The notes below the pieces were generated by a model. That model was not told where the DNA came from and ran no database searches. It saw only the letters and a list, made by a program, of their open reading frames with translations. Both the position numbers and the translations under genes were made by a program. Shown here piece after piece: positions 34,101 through 45,684 of a DNA stretch of 64,000 nucleotides. This DNA comes from Hyphochytrium catenoides (lineage: Eukaryota; Protista; Hyphochytriomycota). The stretch lies in assembly GCA_900088475.1 (NCBI GenBank), contig FLMG01001570.1:201310-265309 (forward strand), given 5' to 3'. The stretch's first letter is position 1. The number at the start of each line of letters is the position of its first letter.

Positions 34101-35713
34101 AGTTCTCAGGTGTACTTATGACACTACTAGTATCCAGCTTATCCGATAACACCTCTTTCCATGTACACTACTGCCAGGATGCTCTGCGTTATCTGTACTT
34201 GACCGTGACCGCCACTTACCTCTGCCTCCACTGCGTACTCGGTGTAACGTGAGTATCCAGAACCCACAATGACCGGCTCCTTTATCCTCACGCGCCAGAA
34301 GCACGATATGGTTTCCTCCTTTCGCGGAGCGACGTGGCCCTAGATAGACAGTTTGTAAGGCCCAGTACGAATAATTTAAGGGGCTCAGAGTGTGAGATAG
34401 AAGACGAGGAACAGACAGAACAAGGCGAAGGGCGAATCTAACTTTGAGAGATAGAAACAACCACGAAGAGGAAAGCAGTGAAAGCTAGCAGGATGGAAGT
34501 GCGAAAGCTGGGATATCCCTTGCTGAAGAGCTCCTACCACCATATCGTGAGGCTGCGAGTTCAGCATAAAATCTGCCAAAGGTAGGACTGTTCCAGCAGA
34601 CGTGAGAGCAGAATGAGGTGCTCCGGTTCTCGAGCCTCTGATACAGGCGGTCTCCTTCATACCAATGCTGGGCCTGCTCAATCATTCTCTCTCTCCTAGT
34701 ACCATGGGCTCCCCTCACTTTATCTCGGCCAAATTGGCCCAGCGTCCCAGCCCCACAGTGCCTCACCTTCTCCTGCCAAGATGGGCTCAAGGCTGCAGCT
34801 CCCTGTATCTTGGGCCAGGGCCACGAGCTTCATGGCCACGAACCAGCTCTCGCGGTTCAGACTCTCTACCGAGCGCCCACCGCAGGACAAGCGCCATATC
34901 TGGAAATCAGAAAACGGAGCGGCTTTGAATCAATATACTACTGCCTATCCCGTCTTTCCCTCGTTGCATACTCCGTAACATAGGATGAATCTGTCCTCGC
35001 TGAGGGTTGTTTAGAGTCTCTCTTGCCCTCCGTACCTTCTCCTTCCACTACATAGGGCTACAGCTAGTGGGCACCCTCCTCACTGTTCTCTGCCGTTCTT
35101 TGCCTTTCCTTCCTCTCCCCAAGACTCGTCACTAGAAGACGATCTATCAAGAAGATCCCGTAATCTCTCTCAGTCCAGGAAGAGGAGCCAGCATAAGCGG
35201 CCATCCTCCATCCTCCATCCAGCGCCGCTAGTTTGACGAGAGACCGTCCGCTCACCTCTCTGTTTACGTCGTTCGGCAGCCTCGCCCGCCGAATAAAGGC
35301 TGCGCCTTCTGCACCTTGTACGAGCCCATCGTCATCGCAATCAATCTGAGCGATGTACGAGGAGAGAGAGGACGCGCATGAGACAGTGCAAAGAGAGTAC
35401 ATTTGACCAGCGAGGTCAAGGCAGAGGGCATAGAAGGCTGGAGATGGCACAAAAGCACAGCAGACAGAGCCGGAGACGCCGGGAGAGAGTGAGAGCGAGT
35501 GCTACAGCGTCCCACCATTCTAAAGAGTCGAGTGTAGAGCATGACTTCCTCATCCCTGAAGCTCACTCTGGACCCGCAAAACTCTATGACGAAGCCGAGG
35601 TCGACTGGACTGGCAGGCACAGCAGCCTGCAAGGCTAGTGCGGCAACTTGAGGTGCCAAAGGAGCATCCTCCGGGGCTACAGGACCGGTAGGAGGAGCAA
35701 CAGAGATCTCCAT
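31186..35713 (-). CDS. Sorting nexin with N-terminal EH domain, PX domain and BAR (Vps5-like) domain
   Basis: EH: YTRLFRM|IDCDDDGLVQGAEGAAFIRRARLPNDVNRE|IWRLS..LNRESWFVAMKLVALAQ. PX: RRRFSDFEWMHLRL..FPG|LIIPPLPEK..FVEERKQALEHYI|NQVANHPQL. BAR end: LKREMNRFEREKNEEFKGLLLAHA. The stop position is approximate. Confidence 0.82.
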
Positions 35714-36195
35714 CCTCCCACTTAGCTCGCAGTGCCCCTATTTCTGTCTAGTAGTCCTCTCTTGGCCCTCTCTCCTTTCGACCTCGTATCAGCCTGCCTA
35801 CATTGCCTCTGTTGCTGCGTCTATCTTCCGCCTTCTGGTCAGCATCAGCAGAAGGTATCGTTCTCTGTCCTACGGATCCAACCCCAGACACAATTGAGCC
35901 AGAGCGGGAGCAGTCGTTGAGCAAGATAGCGGGGCACCAGCGCTTGGAGTCAGTCACTAAGAGAGGGCAAGTAGAGACTAGAGCTGGGAGAAGAGGTTGA
36001 TCAGCAGCGCGAGAAGAGAGGGTGTTCTCTCTGTTGCATGGGGCTGCAGCCGCTGCTGCTGCTGCTGCTGCTGGGGAGAGGAGGTTGCAGTTTCTCTCTC
36101 TGGTTTTTCACTTTTCTCTTTTCTCACTTCATCATCAAGCGAAATGCTGTCTTTTGTGAGGGAGATGGCGGTAACGGCTAGTAAGCGGGGAAAGT

Positions 36196-36345
36196 TCTTC
36201 CTCTCTCTCCTTTCTCTCTCCTTTCTTTATCCTTTCTCTCTCTCTCTCTCTCTCTCTCACTCTCTCTCTCTCTCTCTCCCCCTCTCTCTTCCCTCTCTCT
36301 TTCGCTCGCTCTCTCTTGCTCTTTCGCTTTCTCTATCTCTCCCTC
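36196..36345 (+). repeat. (CT)n-rich tract in the divergent SNX/SNRNP25 intergenic region
   Basis: Nearly pure pyrimidine on the + strand. Confidence 0.9.
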
Positions 36346-36696
36346 GGCTCGTTCCTTCTTGGATCCTTGGGTGACACAGCCTCACCTCACTATCCAGCAC
36401 TTCTCATATATCCGGGTGGTTCCGCGCTTGAGAATCCTTCCTCACTCTGTCCAGCTCGGTGCTGCTCTCAAGTCCCTATCTTCCATTGGCAGCAGCAGTC
36501 AAGCTTTCCGTCCTGCCTTATAGTCGTTCTGTCTCTCTGTTTGTTTCCATCTCTGGTCCTCTCACCCCTCTAGGCCTCCCCACCCATGCTCTCTTCCTCG
36601 CCGCTGTTTGCCCTGGTAAACCATCAAAACTCGGTCAGGATGAGATGAGGAACCTGGAGGAGCTGGGCAGCTAGAGGCAGATTGGACGGGGGCCAG

Positions 36697-38053
36697 ATGG
36701 CAGGAATCGAGGCGAGAGAGAAGAATCAGCCGCCTCTCCCCCTTTCGTCCTCAAGTGAGCGGGGGGGAGGGGTAGAGCCTAGCGACGAGGAGCTGCGGGC
36801 AGCCGTGGCACAAGGCAGGGAGCTGCTGAAAAAGCTGTTGGCAGGTGATGATCTGTGGCCCCTATTTTGCCTCTCTTAAGCAGACCTAAAGGGTGGAACC
36901 GTGATCGGAGCCTCAGTCGCTCCAGTTGGCACTGCTGAACCATCATTCACTCCTTTGCCGCATTGTCCATCTTCGCGACGGTCTCTCTCTCTCTCTTTTC
37001 TCTCTCCATCTCTCTCTCTCCCTTCATTGATGTCTCACCTTCTCGCTGCACAGATCCACTCCTAGAGGATTTCTCCGTAGACCTCTCTCCCACGCATCTG
37101 GACGAGGCGTTGGCTTATGAGACGGAGGGAGGCCTCAGAGTGAGAGTGCGGCGCTTCGATGGCATCATTCTAGGTCAGTTTCTGCTCTTCAAGGGGCAGA
37201 ACCACGGCAAGAAGAGAGATGAAGAGGAAGAGAAGATGCTATGCTCTCGGACAAGGTCCTAAGATATGGGTAGCACATGGCAGAGAGACACGGAGGAAGA
37301 AAAAGATCTACAGAAGAGACTCCAGGCAGCCTGGAAGAGAGGAATCTAGGCAGAGGATGTGAAGGAAGGCCAGGAAGAGCTGTTTATCTGACGCACTTTT
37401 GACAGAGCTGAACCTTCTAAAGAGCGCGACGGTGAAGGATCTGAAGCGGGCACTGGAACGTAGGATTGACAAGATGAATGAAGGAACTATGGGCGCGAGA
37501 AGGATCTCCTGGTCAGCTTCTGTCTGCAGCCTTTGCTCTCATGCTTAGCCCTTCGGAGCTCTGCCAATCTATCTCCCTATCACTTTCCTTGCATGGATCT
37601 CTTTCCTCCATCTTCCATCGTCACTTTCTCTCAAGATCTCTCGACTCTTGTTGGGACTAGTATCTGCTCTAGATACTCTGCCTGTGTTAGGACAAGCCGG
37701 TTCGTCTTCTGCATTCTTCAGGCTCGATCATCAAACTTTCGCGTCATTGGGAGCACTTCCTGATTCTGACATCCTCCTTAAGTAGCTCTGCTCCTCCTCC
37801 CAGTTATCCTTTCCCGAAAGCGCCTCTTTCTTCACAGAGTAACATCAATGGACTCTTGTTCAGGCGCTATGTGTGGCAGAGGTGGCAGCTAAGCTGCAAC
37901 GGACGACCCTTGAGTCGAGATAGCGACCATCTCCAAGTCTATGGCGTCACTCACAACTCAGAAGTCACCTTCTTCCACCTAGCCCCAACCAAGAAAAGAC
38001 GGAGACAGGAAGGAATGCCTGAGCAGCAGCGACCGCTGCTATGGAGACCATAG
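36697..38053 (+). CDS. SNRNP25: U11/U12 snRNP 25 kDa protein (ubiquitin-like fold), 4 exons
   Basis: DPLLEDF..LRVRVRRFDG..SATVKDLKRALER..RRISW|RYVWQRWQLSCNGRPL..LQVYGVTHNSEVTF. The ISWRYVW and YGV.N..V.F motifs are characteristic. Confidence 0.85.
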
Positions 38054-38248
38054 AGACTAAAAGATAGAGGAAAATCACTGCCATAGTCGACAGGAAATAT
38101 AGAGAGATAGGAGTGTGGCCACTAGCCTCCAGCCTATAAGAGACACGGACGTTCAGAGGTGGCACAACCAAAGATTGAGGAAGAAGAGCTGGCGGTCGGT
38201 GTCGAGCACGAGGCCAGTCATAAATAATTGTACTGTTATCAGAGGGCT

Positions 38249-38755
38249 TCACTCCTCTGCCTCATCTGGAATCCGGAACTTCTTCTGCTCCTCCCAGAAC
38301 TTTAGCCTCTCTTCTCCTTCTAATGCCCCCTCTAGTCTGCTCGAATGTTCTGCGCCATCATCTGCATACCAGAGCGCGATCACATCTCCTTCACTCGGGT
38401 TACCATTTTCATCCTTAAAGCCATTCTTGTCCCTCAGATATATGGGAGGACCAACCTCTAGAAGGCGGCGCTGCTCAGCCTTGCAGGTAGTCTCTTGCAG
38501 AAGCTTGACATATCTTGAAGCCCAGGGAGATACGCAGTTAGAGATATTGGTCGTGCTGTTGCTCGTTGCCTTAATGCGCCCTTACCTTTGAAACTGCGTC
38601 TTCCGCAAATACTCTGTACAGTTCAGGCAGTAGGGAGAGGGCAGCCAGGGCCCATCGTCCTTCAGCTTGTACTCAACATATAGACCGCTATCCTCGGTAA
38701 TTTCTTCCATGCACACTGCACACTCAGCATCCTCAGCAGGTTTCCCGTGAGCCAT
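38249..38755 (-). CDS. Small conserved-looking protein with two CxxC pairs (probable zinc-binding), 2 exons; absent from the ORF track
   Basis: MAHGKPAEDAECAVCMEEITEDSGLYVEYKLKDDGPWLPSPYCLNCTEYLRKTQFQR|YVKLLQETTCKAEQRRLLEVGPPIYLRD..ALWY..SSRLEGALEGEERLKFWEEQKKF..stop. One GTAAGG..AAG intron with a CTAAC branch point. Confidence 0.75.
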
Positions 38756-39294
38756 CCTGCAGGCTGGAGCACTGAAATTCCTCAGCTTCTCTCAGAGTCC
38801 GCACTGTCTTAAGCAACTAACCAGCCAGCGTCAAACGGGTGCAGCTTCTTCAGCCAAGGCCAGACCGGACAATAGGTTTAGAAGACTTCTAGGAAGTCTA
38901 AAGAAGAAAGATGCTTGCCGTCCTGCGAGCCGCTCCTCCCGACAGCTCTTTTGACCTCGCCAATTAGTCTTTGACGTCCTAACGCTTCGGTCCCTCAGGT
39001 CCCAACTCCTGAGCAAGAAATGATCCACATCCAGCATTCAAGCCCACATTTTCCTAACCGCTAACGTACATGTTGGTGCCGCTAACGGCTCTCTGGTGCT
39101 TCTGATCTGCAGTGAATCGAATGGTCATCCCATCGGCTTTCCAGGGATCAGAATCCTTATCATCGCCCTCGCTCGGTCAGTGCAGAGATCAGGAAACGTC
39201 GCGGATAAGCATCATAAGCTCAGACGGGCGGTATCTATAGTCGCAGCGCGCCCTGTCAGAGAGGCGTGAGAAGGCTTTCTTCCTGCTCACAGCA

Positions 39295-41334
39295 ATGGAC
39301 CAGCAGAAGAACGGTGAGGGATCAGTTCCGGCCGTGGCCGCCCAGGCTGTGTTGGTCCCGTCCGTGGACTTGAAGCAAAGTGGCGCGCAAGAAGTTCGCG
39401 GGTAAGGAGCTGATGATCCCCTTTTTGGTTAAGAAGTATTATGGAGCTGAGCCTGTTCCTCTTCTTTCAGATATGACTTCAACCAGGGAGTGGACTACAC
39501 GAAGCTCCTTGACCAATATCAGAGGATCGGCTTCCAGGCCACAAACTTTGGAGCAGCAGTAGAAGAAGTGAATAAGATGGTAAGCCATTCCATCTCGCTT
39601 GACTCCACGCGACCATTCTAGCTCATCAACAGTCTCTTTTCAGCGCAGTTGGCGTCTAAGCCACGAGCCAGTGGCAGTGGACGAGGATGAGGAGCTCCAG
39701 GAGATGTCCGCTCGTGAGCGCGTGAAGTGCACCATATTCTTCTCCTACACTAGCAACCTGATCTCTTCCGGCCTCAGAGAGATCATCAGGTTCCTTGTCC
39801 AGCATAAAATGGTCAGTCCTAAAAGGGACAGAGAGATTGTGGCTCTCGGGTCAGTTTCAGCCTGTGCGCTGCCTGTCTACCAGCTGCAACAGAGCTCATG
39901 CTTCTCTCGACTCTCAGACCTAAATACGTCTATCGCTCTAACTATAGCGTCCCATTCTTTCGTTCTATCCTAATTCTCAGTGCTTTTCGTGCGACGTTGT
40001 TCAACCGCCTAGAAGTTCTTAGATAGACCTTCGATGTCATTTCTTGTTGAGCAGACTCCTCCCAGTTGCGCTGTCTGTTGCGCTAAAAGCTTTTACCGTC
40101 TCTTATCCTTGGAATCGTTAGGTGGATGTACTCGTCACGACAGCCGGTGGCGTCGAGGAAGACCTTATCAAGTGCCTGGCCCCAACTTTCATTGGAGACT
40201 TCTCCCTAAAGGCAAGCTCCTAGTGGCGAAGCTGCGGGACTATATTCCGAGCTGACAGCTCTCTACTAACTATTACAGGGAGAAACGTTGCGGCAGCAAG
40301 GGTTAAACCGCATTGGGAACCTCCTTGTCCCGAACCAGAACTATTGTCTTTTTGAAGATTGGATCACCCCTATCCTGGATGCGATGGTGGAAGAGCAACA
40401 GGCAGAGGTGACCACTCTCTAAGACGCTAGCTCGGTCTTCGGGTCTGATAAACTTGTCCTCAGGGAACATTGTGGACCCCATCCAAGATGATCCGGCGAT
40501 TGGGGCGTGAGATTAACAATGAGGAGTCCGTCTACTACTGGGCATACAAGGTGAGGACCGAACATCAGTAGAGGCTTAGATCAACCTCTACCCCTTAGTC
40601 TAACCTTACTTTGTCTCTTCTCTTCCGTCTTGCAGAATGACATTCCAGTATACTGTCCAGCCCTTACGGACGGCTCCATAGGAGACATGATGTACTTCCA
40701 CAGCTATAAGAAGCCAGGCCTTGTCCTCGACATTGTCAGTGATATCCGAGCGATTAACGACATCGCCATCCACTCAAGAAAGACGGGGATGATCATTTTA
40801 GGTATAGCTCTCACTCTTCTTCAAGGGTTGCAAGAGTGAGCTGACAGTTCTCTCTACAGGTGGCGGGGTCGTGAAGCATCACACTTGCAATGCAAATCTC
40901 ATGCGAAACGGTGCGGACTTTTCCGTGTACATTAACACCGCGCAGGTAATCCTATTGACCTACGAGAGGACTCGGCATATAGAGAGGGGATAATGAGCAG
41001 AGAGATCGGTGACAGCTTAGCAGCACATGAGGAGGAGGTGAGGGCAGCGGGAAACATGGCGAGGAGAGGCTTATCAATATGAAGCCAACCATCGAGAGGC
41101 AATGACGCTGGCGCTGTAGGAGTTTGATGGCAGTGACGCTGGGGCACGACCCGACGAGGCGATTTCCTGGGGCAAGATTCGTGGGTCCGCCAAGCCGGTG
41201 AAGGTTAGTAAGTAAGTATGCTAGCCTTTACGATGCACTAAGGCCCTTGGATGCAGGTTCACGCTGATGCGACGCTGGTCTTCCCTCTCCTCGTGGCACA
41301 AACCTTCGCAAAGGGGCTGTCCACGCATTCCTGA
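39295..41334 (+). CDS. DHPS: Deoxyhypusine synthase, multi-exon
   Basis: Motifs [107 protein letters not shown] (catalytic Lys) and [16 protein letters not shown]. Confidence 0.96.
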
Positions 41335-42233
41335 CGCTCACACACCTTTATTTATTGCGAACACAATGGCATAACCCGCCGCCCCTGGTAAATTCTCAGA
41401 TGCATCAGCTGTTGCCGGCAGACTTGCCGTATGACAGTGTCAGGCTCCACTAGAGCTTTAGCGAAAGCTTCTGATTCCGTCAGAGCTCTTTCTTAGGCGC
41501 AACACTAATTGGGCCATCCATAGTTAACAGCTCTCAACGTTAGGATAGCGGCATTTGGCAAGTTGCTAAGCTGTATCTTACCATCTCCCGCATCGCCAGC
41601 TACTAAGACAGCGCTATAGCCTTCACGTGCGTGAACCTTAGAACTATCCCCTGTGTCCCCTCCAGCTTCCCTGCTGCTGCCGCATTGAACTGGCCTCTCT
41701 GTTGCTATGACTAGAACCTCCAGGCGTGAGCTGCTCGATGTTCAGAGAGACGGCTGCCTGCCCTGTAGATGGTGGTGAAGTTAGCAAAGCCTCAGCTACC
41801 AGCATCATAACCCTAGTCCTGGGGGACTCAGAAGATCAATTACTATATGCCTATAATAAAACGAGTGGATCCGTTTTTTTGTGAGCCGCTAACGTCCAGC
41901 CCCTGCCACCTGTTCTGTACCGTTGTTTGCCTTGATCCCTCCCTGTTATTAGACTGGGGCAGCTCCCCCGTCAACCGACGCTCCGCGGCAGATGGGGCTG
42001 TAGGCTCGTTTGGCTGCAAGAAGGGAAGATAAGAGGAGATGCGCTGCCTCCGACGCTTCTGGATAGAGACACGAACATCAAAGGATTTGCCAAGCCATAG
42101 CGCGCCGCGCTGAGCTGAGTATCGCCCTCTCCAAACTGATCGCCACCAAGTGAAGGGAACTCTTACTCATACTTCGTGTTATCACTCTGGAGCCACCACC
42201 TTAGCAACCCAGTTCCCCGTCACAACCTTAGCC

Positions 42234-44444
42234 ATGAAGCTCAAGAGGTTTCTCCTGCGCTACTATCCCCCAGGTGTGCACGTTGAAGCAGAAAGAGAGT
42301 TTATCTACGCACCGTGAGCATTGACCTCTTCCCTCTGTCTATAGGTATTATACTAGAATATGAACTTCGGGACAAGACACGAGAGATGAAGACCATCGAC
42401 CTGTTGCACTTAACAGCAGAGTACGTCTGACACCCTAGCTCCCATTACTCTAGCGTCAATACTGACTGGTTGACCGCAGAACGGACATCGATGTTCTGAC
42501 CAACCAGATTGTGTTTGAGGAGCCGCTTATCTCAGAGAACAGAAAGCCCCAGTTGCGCAAGCTGTTGTCAAGTGAGTTTACTCCCTCATTTTGCAGCGTG
42601 AATCTGCTGGCTCATCGCGCTGCTTGTACTGGTAGAGCTGATTGAGAAGATTGACTCGAATGAAAGCAACGACTTTTACCTCTTCAAGATACTGCGGGCT
42701 CACATTCTCCCCCTCACAAACTGCGCCTTTAATAAGAGCGGAGACAAGTGAGTGCTCCTAATGTTGCTTGTCTGCCATCCTCACCTTCGGGTGTCCCTTG
42801 GCTCACCTTTCAGTGCTCTCTCCTCCACCCCTTTCCTCTCTCTTTCTTCCCTGTTCTCTCGTTTTGCGCATAAGATCCCGCGTCTATTCAGTTGCGGTTC
42901 ACTTCTTTTCCTGAGTTGCTGTGGCCCAGGGTTTGGCCTGCTATTCCCTCTTCACTTCGTGCTTGTAGTCCGTTCCTTCCACTGACGGCTTAAACGGGCC
43001 AGGTTTATTACTGGTAGCTACGATCGTACTTGCAAAGTGTGGGACACCCAGACTGGAGACGAGTTGTTGACTTTGGAGGGCCATAAGAACGTTGTGTACG
43101 CAATCGCCTTCAACAACCCCTATGGGGACAAGATCATCACTGGATCCTTTGATAAGACTTGCAAGGTGGGCGGTTGTATTGTTCTCTCGTTGATGTTTAT
43201 CAGTCAAATTATAAGTGGCCTGTCAATGGTGTGTCGAGTCTGCCTCCCAGTAGCTTTTGATGGGCTTCTGTCCGCACTCCTATCCTCGCTTCAGTCAAAT
43301 TTTCACTCCTTTGACTCGTCATTTCTATGTTCCAGCTCCTCCTAAATCTCTTTCGGGTCTGATAAATGTCGTTGTGCAGCTGTGGAATGCTGAGAATGGG
43401 CAGCTGTATCACACCTACCGTGGCCATGCCACAGAGATAGTCTGCCTTTCCTTCAACCCTCAAGGTACCACCATCGCTACTGGCTCAATGGACAACACAG
43501 CCAAGCTGTGGGACGTAGAGACGGGGGCTGAACTTCACACACTCCTGGTATGAACTGGTTTGCAGCGTCTAAATAAACGTCAAAGGATTGACACTGGTTC
43601 AATAGGGACACACTGCGGAGATTGTTAGTCTTAATTTTGACTCTCATGGAGATCGGATTATCACGGGCTCGTTTGATCACACTGTGAAGGTCTGGGACGT
43701 CAAAAGCGGAAGGTGAGTAGCTCCTGCACTGCTGCTCGATGCAGCGGCAATAACTAAGTCTCCCCGCATCAGATGCATACACACTCTGTCAGGGCACCAT
43801 GGCGAGATTTCTAGTACCCAGTTCAACTATACAGGAGACCTCTGCCTCAGTGGCTCTATTGACCGCACAGCCAAGATCTGGGACGTCGCCAGCGGGCAGT
43901 GCGTGCAAACACTTCGCGGTCATAATGACGAGATACTGGATGTTAGCTTCAACTGCACAGGCTCAAGATTAGTAACTGCATCTGCTGACGGGACCTCACG
44001 GGTGTACAACACTATGACCGGTGCCTGTCAGGCAATTCTCATAGGCCATGAGGGAGAAATTTCCAAGGTAGGTAGGCCTTCTGCCTTCCGCTAATTACTT
44101 TTGAAGCCTTTCCTCCGACAAGGCATAGCTTGCCCCTACTGTTCAGGATAGCCATCTAATCAATGCCATCTCCCAGGTCTGCTTCAATCCTCCGGGATCT
44201 AAGATAATGACCGCCAGCAGTGACAAGACGGCAAGAATCTGGGAAGTGGAGACGGGAGATTGCTTGCAGGTAACACATGAGTTCACATGGCACGTCGCGA
44301 GTGATAGCTCCTCGTCTAAAGAAGTACTGCTTTCAGGTGCTAGAGGGGCATACAGATGAAATTTTCAGCTGTGCATTCAATTATGAGGGCGACACAATCA
44401 TTACAGGGTCAAAGGATAACACCTGCAGAATCTGGAAATGCTAA
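42234..44444 (+). CDS. DAW1: Dynein assembly factor with WD repeats 1 (ODA16/WDR69), multi-exon
   Basis: [14 protein letters not shown]|IILEY N-terminus, [49 protein letters not shown], successive WD40 repeats, ending [13 protein letters not shown]. Confidence 0.96.
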
Positions 44445-45138
44445 AGCAGACATAGCTGCGAGCTGGCAGAGAGCAACTATGATGAAAATTGCCTAACAAT
44501 AAATCTGCCACAATACTCCTGCCGTCCATTGCGCCCCAGAGTTTGGGGTCTGCTCGGGTTATTCTTCATTGGAGCACGTGCATTAAATCTTGAAATGATC
44601 CAATTCTTCCTTCCAAGATTGACACCGGTTGATCATCCTGCCAAGGTCTCTCCTTTTCAGCTAGTGACCTGACATGGGGGATATCACATCCCAAACGCTA
44701 CCATCGCAAAGAGTGAGACGACAGCGCTCTTCTTCTATTCAACACTAACCTACCTATGGTCCGGGGCGCTCTGTAGTCCTACGTAAACTGTCAAAGGGAT
44801 GGCGCCCCAGTATACAATGGGCTTCAAATAGCTCAGCGCAGTCCCCGTAATGCTCTGAAGGGTTGACTTGGAAACAACGGCCCCCATGGCTCTTTCAAGT
44901 AGCAAAGCGCAAACACACCTTTCTGTCGTTGTTGCCCAGCTGAACGTTTAGGTATGCTGATTGAGCTCTCGTTCTGGGCTTTCTTAGCTTCTGGGAGGCA
45001 ATGATTGAGTCTTCAGAATGCAGTCTGCAGTCTGTCTCACAGAGCTCAGCTTCTCATCGCATTCACAGCTTCCAGCGGCCAGCGAAAGTTTGCCATGTGT
45101 GATGTTGTTGTTAGGTTCTTCCGTGCAGATGCCTAGCT

Positions 45139-45505
45139 TTATTGACCCTGTTCGTCTGTTCCGTCGGCTCTGATGGCTGCTGTTGGTTTGAGGCAGAGCA
45201 TCATGTACACCGTAGTATTTGATTTAGTCAACATAAGAAAGCTGTTGTTTGTCTGTTTGCTGTACCAGAAGCCGAATCTCAATACTTGTACAGAGTAAAG
45301 CACCGAGATATTCCCCTGGACTTTAGCTGTGGGGCTTGGGGCAGAAGGTGAAGAAGCAATAGAAGCGGCGAGAGATCTGCAGGAGCGATGCGGCGCCAGG
45401 GATGAGAGTAGAAGAGGAGCCTGCCAAGCTGATGAGGGACCGATGATGCTCAGCAGCAAGCTCAGGCAACTAACTCAGGGCCCGACGTCGAGAGAACCAA
45501 GACAT
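45139..45505 (-). pseudogene. Possible secretory or plastid-targeted gene with a frameshifted N-terminus; 3-prime extent unresolved
   Basis: ATG at 45505 reads MSWFSRRRALS then TAG. Removing one copy of the AACT-AACT duplication at 45468-45475 restores MSWFSRRRALSCLSLLLSIIGPSSA-WQAP followed by a Ser/Ala/Arg-rich stretch. No downstream domain was recognised. Confidence 0.3.
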
Positions 45506-45684
45506 ATCAGCTGTAAGGACGGGAACCAGCTTGCGAGACGAATCTTCCACCTGCTTGTGTGACGAAGGCTGCTGCGTCAAAGGACAGTACGAGACTTCTA
45601 GATACTCCGACAACATAGTGCGGACCAGGTCTACCTGGGCCAAGAGAACATCTCCTGAAAGGCTACTAGCCTTTATAAAGAACC

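Noticed and set aside
38115-38591. 158-aa plus-strand ORF
   Set aside because: A Ser-rich antisense shadow of the minus-strand CxxC gene, which has proper splice signals.
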